Below, piece after piece: positions 43,701-55,523 of a stretch of 64,000 nt of DNA. This DNA is from Eledone cirrhosa (Eukaryota). The translations under genes and the position numbers were made by a program. The notes beneath the pieces were generated by a model. It saw nothing but the letters and a program-made list of their open reading frames with translations, was not told the DNA's origin and did not search any database. The stretch is taken from assembly GCA_964016885.1 (NCBI GenBank), contig OZ024756.1, forward strand, positions 28,706,001 through 28,770,000. The letters run 5' to 3'. Within the stretch, counting starts at the first letter, position 1. Every line of letters starts with the position of its first letter.

Positions 43701-46238
43701 AAAAACCTCCCAGTCCACACTGTAAATGTGGTTGGTGTTAGGAAGGGCATCCAGCCGTAGAAAACCTGCCAGACAGTCCTGAGCAAGACATCCAATCTTG
43801 CCTCAAATGGGACAATTCCCGTCCAGACCCATGCTGGCGTGGAAGATGGACGTTAAACGATGATGATGATATATATACACACACACACAATAAACTTCCA
43901 TAGTTTTGTGTCTAGCAAGTTGCATTCCCAAGGCATTGGTCAACTCATGGCTATGATAGAAGAGACTTGCTCAAGGTGCCACACATTTGGAGTGAACATG
44001 AAACCATCAGATTGTGAAGCAAATTCCTTAACCACACAGCTATGTCTGTGTCTATCTGTCTTCTATACACACGCACACACACATATATACACACACATAT
44101 ATACACACACACTCACTTATATAAATATATATATAGGCAGATTTGTTAGAACGTCGGATAGAATGCTTTATGGTATTCGTTTTGGTTTTCTGCTACCTGG
44201 GTCAAATCCACTGAGGTCGATAAAAAAAGTACCAGTCTTGTACTGGGGTCGATTCTTCCTCTCTGAAAGAAATCTGCTGGAGAGGGACGGGCTCTGCCAG
44301 GCTTAAAATGGCCAAGAATCATCTGTCAGATGTTGATCTGTCAGATGTTGCAGGACCATACATATGTGTATATATATATATATATATATACATTATATAA
44401 TGCATCATCATTTAACGTCCATCTTCCACATTAACATGGTTAGGACATACATATATATATACACATTATATATATATATCATCATCATGTTACGTCCACT
44501 TTTCCCTGCTAGCAAGGGTGGGAGGGGTCTTATTCAGCACAGGATCTCTCCACTTGTCACGGTCCTTCATCATCTCCATGGAGTTCAGTGATCTGAGATC
44601 TGCTCTCACCACCTCCGCCCATGTTTTTCGTGATCTTCCTCTACTGCGTCTTGCTTCTATTTGGATTTCTTGGCACTTCTTTACCTAGCGGTCATCCTCC
44701 ATTCGCATCACATGTCCATACCATCGCAGTCTTCTCTCCCACACACTACAACTTATCCCTCTTATACATACTTTATTTCTCAACTCATCCATGCTTGGTC
44801 GCTCACGCACATTGACATTGTACATCCAATGGAGCATGCTTGCTTCATTTCTCTCCAGCTGTCGCATATCCTCTGCAGTTGCTGCCTATGTCTCACTACC
44901 ATGCAGCATCGCGCATCTCACACAGGCATCATATAACCGGCCTTTCGTATCGGGGAGAAACCCTTCTTTGTTAACAGAGGAAGCAGCTCCCTAAACTTCT
45001 TCCAACCCATCCTTATTCTATATATATATATGTATATATATATGTATACAATATATTAACAAATGGAAACTATATTTATAAAACCATATTTATTTTATTA
45101 TACATATTTCAAGGGCCACCAAAGCAAATTATGGTGCGCTTTCATCAGATAAAATACAATACAGATTTGTTTTATAAATAAATATTGATATAGTAGGCAT
45201 CTCTAACAAAATACACCCCGTCCCACCACCACCACCCCCACCCCATCCACACCACCCCGTTCTATGTAAAGTTATGTTGGTGCCGCGCCATCGAGGCCGA
45301 AACAAATGAGATCGTGTAGGTGTCACGACAAAAAAACACACAGTCCACGCTGTAATGTGGCCGTGTAGGCAACACGGTAAAAACCTCCCAGACCCACACT
45401 GTAAATGTGGTTGGTGTTAGGAAGGGCATCCAACTGTAGAAAACCTGCCAGACAGTCCTATGCGAGCAAGACAATCACTCTTGCCTCAAGTGGGACTACC
45501 CCCGTCCAAACCCATGCAAGCGTGGAACACGGACGTTAAACGTTGATGATGATGATGATACCCTGAAAAAAGACAACCTTAACGGTTGGAGCTTCCTGGA
45601 TAGGAATATATCAGTTATAAAATTTTTTAAGTTTGTTGAATCCCAACAAATTAAATATAACCTCTGCATGTATATATATGTGTATATTAGTTCAAAAGAA
45701 CAAAGAAACAAACGCAGGAGTCGATAGTATATAGTGTTCACAGAAGATCTTCACATAACTAAATTATATATATATTTAATATAGAAATGGCTTCTACAGG
45801 ACTAGAACTGTTTCATTCGGGAGAAATCATCAAGAAGCCTGATGATTTGTATATTAAATATTTATACTCTGCTATGTATTGAGTACCTTACTTACTGTGG
45901 TTACCCCCGACTGAACCGAGGATAAACTTATATATATATATACTAGCAGCGTTGCTTGGGAAATGAATGACAGCCTGAATTGTTCAAGGTCGTTTATGGC
46001 TTAGCTAGCAATTTCTGAGTGCATGTCAGCTAATTGGCTAGCCAATGAGAGGTCGCCTCAATAGCACGTGCTAAATTGCCAAATCGATACACACACAAAA
46101 TCGATTTTTTGGCCCCTTTTTTTTTCAAATTTGTTTTTGTCCAAAACCTGCTCTGGCATATAAGCAACATGTGTGCCAAATTTGGTTGAAATTGGCCTAG
46201 TACTTCAAAAGTTAAAAGGAGCCTAGTATTTGTACACA

Positions 46239-46289
<51 letters not shown>

Positions 46290-48328
46290 CGACTTGCTTT
46301 TATATATATAGATATATCCTTGTTCCATTTCAGATTGCTGAACTTGTTCGAGAGTTAGAGTTCCGACTGAAACAGTTCAACCTCCGTATTCCAAGCAAGG
46401 CACCAGAATCAAAGAAAGACCTCAACCATCCTGAGGAGAAACTTCTTTTCAAGGTTACATATTCATTTGTTTATTCTGCCCCCAACCCATGACCAGTCAA
46501 ACCCAGGCCATATTAAATACAAGGGTAGACTGAAAAGTTGATAGGCTGACTATGAAGGATTTATGCTAGTTCTGTGAAATTTTGCATGCTTTAATTTCAA
46601 CACTTCTTATTAATAACTGCATTGTTTTTTTCCAGGGACTATGTTAAAAAATAAACCTCATTTGATCATTCCATGAGAGTATCTTGGTCATAGGCTGACT
46701 AGGAAGGAGTGATGCTAGAGCTGTGAAATTTTGCATGCTTTAATTTCAACACTTCTTATTAATAACTGCATTGTTTTTTTCCAGGGACTATGTTAAAAAA
46801 TAAACCTCATTTGATCATTCCATGAGAGTATCTTGGTCATAGGCTGACTAGGAAGGAGTGATGCTAGAGCTGTGAAATCTTGCATGCTTTAATTTCAACA
46901 CTTCTTATTAATAACTGCAATGTTTTTTTTTCCAGTGACTTTATTGAAAAATATACCTCATTTGATCATTCCATGAGAGTATCTTGGTCAAGCTATGAAC
47001 TTTTTAGCCAACACTCATGTATATATATATTTCATAAACAACCATTTCACTCTTCTCTTTTCTGTTTTTGTAGCTGATAATATGTGGTGCCTTCTATCCA
47101 AATTATTTCATCCGAGATAAAATAGACGAAGCACAAGTCATGAAGATGATGTCGGGGAAGGATCCATATAATACTGTTATGGTTAGTTATACTTTCTAGA
47201 TAATGTCTTTATTTTTCTTAAATGAGGACCCTCAGTTGTGTCAACGGCATGACAACCTCTCCGGAACATTCTTGAGCAAAACAATTCATTTTGCATTGCT
47301 CCAGTATACTCAGCTAAAAATGAGTACCAGCAGTAGCTGGGGGTTTAACCTTGCGATGGACTAGTGTCCTGTCCAGGGGGAATATATGTACTTAATGCCA
47401 TAGAAACTCGGATAAGCACTGGCCTGATGATCCTTCAGACTCGAGACAAACTTTAACCCCATGATGGACTGGTATTCTGTCTAGTGAAGAAGTCTTGTAC
47501 TTTCAGTCACTTAATGCCATGGAAACCTGGATAAACACCAGCTTGACAAGCCTCCGGACTTTAGAATCTCAACAAGATAGTAAACCACATTGATTTTTTT
47601 CTTCTCTTTTGCTCTCCCCAGATAAATGGCCTGCCACCAAATCAAGGTTCTTTGTACAAGTCTCAGATAGAGCAGTTATTTTATCCCTGTGGAAATATTC
47701 TTGCCCTACACATGGAAGAATCAAAGTGAGTAATATTAACTGACCTTTGTTGCTTTTCCACAACAGACTTACTTGGATGGTTACATCCTAAGTATCATCA
47801 TTGTTTAAAATCGCTGGATTGGCAGAATCGGTAGAGCATTGGACAATATGTTTTGAGGTATATAGTTACATTTCTTTACGTTCTGGGTTTGAATCCTGTC
47901 AAGGTTAGCTTTTTCATCCTTACGGGGTCGATAAAATAAAGTACCAGTAACACACTAGGGCTGGTTTAATTGATTTTCTCCTCACCCGCCAAAAATTGTT
48001 GGCTTTGTGCCTAAATCAGAAACAATTTTGGCAGTATTGATAGAGGGTCGGACGCCATGCTTTCCAGCAGAGTTACGTCCCTTTACGATCTAAGTTCAAA
48101 TCCTGCCGAGGTTGACTTTGCCTTTCATCCTTACGGGGTCGATAAAATAAAGTACCAGTAATGCACTGGGTAATTGCTGGCCTTGTGCCTAAAGTAGAAA
48201 CAATTATTATTATATATATATATATATACATATATAAGTATGTGTGTACGGATCTAGCTGTCGAAATGACTGGAGCTCAGCCATCGGGGTCCTGAATTTT
48301 TTCATATATATATATATATATATATGTG

Positions 48329-48360
<32 letters not shown>

Positions 48361-48663
48361 TATCATCATCATCGTTTAATGTCCATCTTCCACGCTAGCA
48401 TGGGTTAGATGGTTTTGTTCCATTTGATGTGGTAATGGTGGAGAGACCGTCTCTCGCTCGCATGGAAGCGTCTATGGCAGGTTTTTTTTTACAGCTGGAT
48501 TCCCTTCCTAACACCAACCACATTTACAGTGTGGACTGGGAGCTTTTTCACCGTGTCTCCTACACGGCCACCTTACAGTGTGGACTGTTGTGTCATCGAC
48601 ACCGTGGACGGAACGGGAGAGGGAGTATGGGGTAGAATGTGGGGGTGGGGTGTACATTGAGTA

Positions 48664-48702
<39 letters not shown>

Positions 48703-49665
48703 CATCATCATCATCGTTTAATATATATATATATATATATTTTTTTATTTTATAGAAGGAGCTTCTACAGGACTAGTACTGTTTCATTTAGATGAAATCT
48801 TCAGGAAGCTGGGTGTCATATTAAGTTCTGGTATTTATACATTTAGGTAGTGGCAAGGGAGGGGTGGTGGATGGGGGGGGGGTATTTAGATACACAGGAC
48901 CACTTCATGGCACATATATATATATATATATGTGGAGGCACATGGCTTAGTGGTTAGAGCATTGGGCTTGCAATCGAAAGGTTGTGAGTTCAATTCTCAG
49001 ACCGGGTGATGTGTTGTTTCCTTGAGCAAGACACTTTATTTCACGTTGCTCCAGTTTACTCAGCTGTAGAAATGAGATGATAGGGACTGGGGTCCCTATC
49101 ATTCCACTGTAAAGTGGTCGTGGAGGTGCCACGGCAAAAAAGCACCCAGCACTCACTGTAAATGAGGTTGGTGTTAGGAAGGGCATCCAGCTGTAGAAAT
49201 CAAGCCAGAATCAGTTCCCGTCCCACCCTTGCAAGCAGGGAAAAAGTGGACGTAAAATGAAATGATGATGATGATATATGGAAAGTTATATTTAAAATTG
49301 TTGGGTTACAACTAGTAAATATTTATAACTGATATAAAAGCACTCGACAAATATTTGGAGTATATTTACAATATTAAATAAATGGAAACTATATTTATAA
49401 AACCATATTTATTTCATTATATATATTTCGGGGATATCATATTAACAATATGCTATGCCTTTCTCAGACAAAATACAATGACTGCCAGCTTAACCTCTTC
49501 AAATGCAAGTCGATGTTATTACGGTATGTCGAATCTATTTATCTATAAAACTGTTTATATTGTATTTTGTCTGAGGAAAGCATAGCATATTGTTAATATG
49601 ATATCCCCGAAATATATATAATGAAATAAATATGGTTTTATAAATATAGTTTCCATTTATTTAAT

Positions 49666-49697
<32 letters not shown>

Positions 49698-52600
49698 ATC
49701 ATCATCGTTTAATATATATATATATCCCACACTGTAAATGTGGTTGGTGTTAGGAAGGGCATCCAACTGTAGAAAACCCGCCAGACAGTCCTATGCGAGC
49801 AAGACAACCACTCTTGCCTCAAGTGGGAAAACCTCCGTCCAAACCCATGCAAGCGTGGAACACGGACGCTAAACCTGATGATGATGATATATATAGTGTG
49901 TGACATAGGTATGGACTCCTATTCATTGAATCTGTTTTTGTATATTCTAGGATCTTTATTGAATTTGCCCGCCATTTCAGTATGAACCGTAGCTCCAGCA
50001 ACTCTATAGGTATGGGGAACACTGGTATTGTAAACCCTGCAGTTTATTTGGCTATTAAAATGAAGTGAGTTATTTTATTTCTCTCTTTTTCTTTTATCAT
50101 TCTCTCATTCCTTTACTGGGTGCAGACATTGGACTTGGGCCATGCTGGGGCACCACATTCTCTCATTCTTTTACTGGGTGCAGACATTGGACTTGGGCCA
50201 TGTTGGGGCACCACATTCTCTCATTCCTTTACTGGGTGCAGACATTGGACTTGGGCCATGCTGGGGCACCACATTCTCTCATTCCTTTACTGGGTGCAGA
50301 CATTGGACTTGGGCCATGCTGGGGCACCACATTCTCTCATTCTTTTACTGGGTGCAGACATTGGACTTGGGCCATGCTGGGGCACCACATTCTCTCATTC
50401 CTTTACTGGGTTCAGACATTGGACTTGGGCCATGCTGGGGCACCACATTCTCTCATTCCTTTACTGGGTTCAGACATTGGACTTGGGCCATGCTGGGGCA
50501 CCACATTCTCTCATTCCTTTACTGGGTGCAGACATTGGACTTGGGCCATGCTGGGGCACCACATTCTCTCATTCTTTTACTGGGTGCAGACATTGGACTT
50601 GGGCCATGCTGGGGCACCACATTCTCTCATTCCTTTACTGGGTGCAGACATTGGACTTGGGCCATGCTGGGGCACCACATTCTCTCATTCCTTTACTGGG
50701 TGCAGACATTGGACTTGGGCCATGCTGGGGCACCACATTCTCTCATTCCTTTACTGGGTGCAGACATTGGACTTGGGCCATGCTGGGGCACCACATTCTC
50801 TCATTCCTTTACTGGGTTCAGACATTGGACTTGGGCCATGCTGGGGCACCACATTCTCTCATTCCTTTACTGGGTGCAGACATTGGACTTGGGCCATGCT
50901 GGGGCACCACATTCTCTCATTCTTTTACTGGGTGCAGACATTGGACTTGGGCCATGCTGGGGTACCACATTCTCTCATTCCTTTACTGGGTGCAGACATT
51001 GGACTTGGGCCATGCTGGGGTACCACATTCTCTCATTCCTTTACTGGGTGCAGACATTGGACTTGGGCCATGCTGGGGCACCACATTCTCTCATTCCTTT
51101 ACTGGGTGCAGACATTGGACTTGGGCCATGCTGGGGCACCACATTCTCTCATTCCTTTACTGGGTGCAGATATTGGACTTGGGCCATGCTGGGGCACCAC
51201 ATTCTCTCATTCCTTTACTGGGTGCAGACATTGGACTTGGGCCATGCTGGGGCACCACATTCTCTCATTCCTTTACTGGGTGCAGACATTGGACTTGGGC
51301 CATGCTGGGGCACCACATTCTCTCATTCCTTTACTGGGTGCAGATATTGGACTTGGGCCATGCTGGGGCACCACATTCTCTCATTCCTTTACTGGGTGCA
51401 GACATTGGACTTGGGCCATGCTGGGGCACCACATTCTCTCATTCTTTTACTGGGTGCAGACATTGGACTTGGGCCATGCTGGGGCACCACATTCTCTCAT
51501 TCCTTTACTGGGTGCAGACATTGGACTTGGGCCATGCTGGGGCACCACATTCTCTCATTCCTTTACTGGGTGCAGACATTGGACTTGGGCCATGCTGGGG
51601 CACCACATTCTCTCATTCTTTTACTGGGTGCAGACATTGGACTTGGGCCATGCTGGGGTACCACATTCTCTCATTCCTTTACTGGGTTCAGACATTGGAC
51701 TTGGGCCATGCTGGGGCACCACATTCTCTCATTCCTTTACTGGGTGCAGACATTGGACTTGGGCCATGCTGGGGCACCACATTCTCTCATTCCTTTACTG
51801 GGTGCAGACATTGGACTTGGGCCATGCTGGGGCACCACATTCTCTCATTCCTTTACTGGGTGCAGATATTGGACTTGGGCCATGCTGGGGCACCACATTC
51901 TCTCATTCCTTTACTGGGTGCAGACATTGGACTTGGGCCATGCTGGGGCACCACATTCTCTCATTCTTTTACTGGGTGCAGACATTGGACTTGGGCCATG
52001 CTGGGGCACCACATTCTCTCATTCTTTTACTGGGTGCAGACATTGGACTTGGGCCATGCTGGGGCACCACATTCTCTCATTCCTTTACTGGGTGCAGACA
52101 TTGGACTTGGGCCATGCTGGGGCACCACATTCTCTCATTCCTTTACTGGGTGCAGACATTGGACTTGGGCCATGCTGGGGCACCACATTCTCTCATTCCT
52201 TTACTGGGTGCAGACATTGGACTTGGGCCATGCTGGGGCACCACATTCTCTCATTCCTTTACTGGGTTCAGACATTGGACTTGGGCCATGCTGGGGCACC
52301 ACATTCTCTCATTCTTTTACTGGGTGCAGACATTGGACTTGGGCCATGCTGGGGCACCACATTCTCTCATTCCTTTACTGGGTTCAGTCAGTAGATTGCG
52401 ACCATGCTGGGGCACAACATTCTTATAGTCATTTAGGGGTTTCAGTCAGTAGACTGTGACCATGCTGGGGTACAAGATACTTTTATTCTGTTACTAGTTT
52501 CAACCCCGCCTCCCCCTTACAGCCACCACCAATTGTGAATTAAATTTCAGTTACCATTTTCATTATTTCATTTCTGTGACTTTGTTTACAGGAGGATATC

Positions 52601-55343
52601 ATATCGTCCCCTGGAGTTAGAGCAGTTCTCAAGGGAAGCTGCTAATAAACTAATGAAGCAGGTGTCTCAAGCACAGAGCAATGCTGCTGGAAAACTACAA
52701 ATGTTGCGGACAAACAGGTCAGTTCCTTTGTTTCTTTTCTATTTCTTTACCCTGCTATTACAGTAACAATTCAACCAATCTTGTTATATGGAAGTGGAAC
52801 ATGACAACAAAAGCGCCTTGATGGCACCTACACTCACCTGCTTCGACTCATTCAGAACATAGGCTGGCGACATTTGACTTTGAAAGAGATATATGCTGGC
52901 CTCCCACGCATATCTGTCGTTGTGTGTAAAAGGAGAGTAAGATTTGCTGGCCACTGCCATCGTGCCACCTACGAGGCTGTGTCTCCATTAGTGCTTTGGA
53001 AACCACAAGCAGTCACTAATAATGGGGGGTGCAAGCTGTCCTATCCTGATGTCATCTCCAGAGATTCTGGTATTGAAATCCAGGATTTGGCAGCAGCAAT
53101 GAATGACAGATCCACGTGGAGATCAATAGTTTAGTGTCATAGAATCGGAGGCAGTTTCAGGTTGAGCTGGTGTTTGGAACATAACTTAACAAAGGTACTT
53201 ACATAGTACCTTTTAGATAAATATAAACTCTTCAAAACAAAGCGCTAATAGTGTACTATATTCTTCCATTGACAGAATTACGGCAGAAATTGACAGTGTT
53301 GGGAAGCAGGTTGACCTCCCCAACTATTCTATATCTGTGATACAAATTATGGTAACTGAAGTAAGTATATTCATTATCTGCTTGTTGTTGTTGTTGTTGT
53401 TGTTGTTGTGTACCTCCAGGTCAGATCTGATCCCTCTGTAAAACTAAGAGCTGAATGTTTTTGATGTTAGTCTAGAACCCTTCAGTTGTGTCAAAGACAT
53501 GACAACCTCTCTAGTGTTGGTGACCTACAGTAATCAATGCATCCAGTACATGCTGTAAAGTGGTTGGTGATAGGGAGGGCATCCAGCCTTAGAAAGCTTG
53601 TCAAATAAAGGGTTAGGAGGACCCTTCACTTGTGTCAAAGACATGGCATCCTCTTCTCTACACATGGTAGAATGTCCATCATTTAACGTCCATTCTCCAT
53701 GCTTGCATGGGTTAGACAAGTTGTTACGTTATGAGACAAGTCAGGTACAGAGACCATGTCTTGCTCATATAGATCTATTTTTTTTTTGTCTTGGCTTCTA
53801 CAACAGGATGCCTTTCTTAACACCTATCACATTACAGTCTGAACTAGGTGCTTTTTATCGTGACACCTACAAGACCACCTTACAGTGTGAACTGGGCGCT
53901 TTTTGTCATGTCACCAACACAACCACTTTACAGTGTGGACTGGGCACTTATTGTCCTGTCACCAACACAACCAATTTACAGTGTGTACTGGGTACCTTTT
54001 GTCATGTCACCAACATGGCCACTTTACAGTGTGGACTGGGTGCTTTTTGTCATGTCACCAACATGAACACTTTACAGTCTGGACTGGATACCTTTTGTCA
54101 TGTCACCAACACGACCACTTTACAGTGTGGACTGGGTACCTTTTTTCATGTCACCAACATGACCACTTTACAGTGTGGACTGGGTACCTTTTGTCATGTC
54201 ACCAACATGGACACTTTACAGTCTGGACTGGGCACTTATTGTCCTGTCACCAACACAACCAATTTACAGTGTGAACTGGGTGCCTTTTGTCATGTCACCA
54301 ACACAACCACTCTACAGTGTGGACTGGGTACCTTTTGTCATGTCACCAACACAACCACTTTACAGTGTGAACTGGGTGCCTTTTGTCATGTCACCAACAC
54401 AACCACTCTACAGTGTGGACTGGCTACCTTTTGTCATGTCACCAACACGACCACTTTACAGTGTGGACTGGGTACCTTTTGTCATGTCACCAACACAACC
54501 ACTTTACAGTGTGAACTGGGTGTTTTTTGTCATGTCACCAACACAACCACTTTACAGTGTGGACTGGGTGCCTTTTGTTGTATCACCAACACGACCACTC
54601 TACAGTGTGAACTGGGTGCATTTTGTCATGTCACTTGCACCAAAATTACAAATTAGTATTATTGTATCTTTCAACTTTTTCATTCTAGAATATTTCTGCT
54701 ACCATGCAATAGTATGTATCGTTTGACTTTGTAGGTTCTGGAATGTGGACATTTTTGGGCTCGCTATGTTGATCAAGAGAATTCCTTATATTTTGTTCAA
54801 TCTAGTCTCAATATGAACCCTCAAGACCTTCAGGTTGGTGCCTTCTAAATTTCTTCCTCTTGGTGAAATTTTATTTTAAAGGATTTAAACACACACACAG
54901 ACACAAATGTAAACAGACACATACATACATACATACATGGTGGCTGCCAACTCGTTTTCGAGTACGGCCACTACTTTATATCCATGTAGGAGAACCCCTA
55001 CCGATGCGCTGAACGAGTGTGACTTTTTAGTCCAGCCTGCGACATGAAAACTCTGGTACAAACACTACACTTGTGACAATTATTGACACATAGTGCTGGG
55101 CCCATGGTACCATGTGACGACAAGTGCAGAGAGATCTCCAGATATAAAGCAATGCCTGTGCCGTGAAGCTTTTATAGTGAGCAAAGGCACTGCACAAAGC
55201 CAGTCCCACTCTGTTAACCGAGATGATATTTACCAAAAAGAAGAACAAGTCAACATCATTGGATACCATCAGGGTTGCAGGTGTTATATCAGAGTTTTCC
55301 TTCTCCTAGAATTCTGCCTTGACAAAGGCTAAGGGGTCATCTC

Positions 55344-55374
<31 letters not shown>

Positions 55375-55482
55375 ATACATAAATAAATAAATAAAAAAAA
55401 TCATTGCTTTTACATCCCCTTTTTCCTTCTGGCATGAGTTGGAAGTGATGTATCGAGTACTGTGTTTCAAACTGAATCCATC

Positions 55483-55523
<41 letters not shown>

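Noticed and set aside
50065-52459. Three 750-790 aa ORFs; also considered as a CRISPR-like array
   Set aside because: Pure 58-bp tandem repeat with no unique spacers, intronic, in a eukaryotic context
53598-54656. 352-aa Cys-repeat ORF resembling a zinc-finger array
   Set aside because: 16-aa periodicity comes from the 48-bp SINE-derived minisatellite
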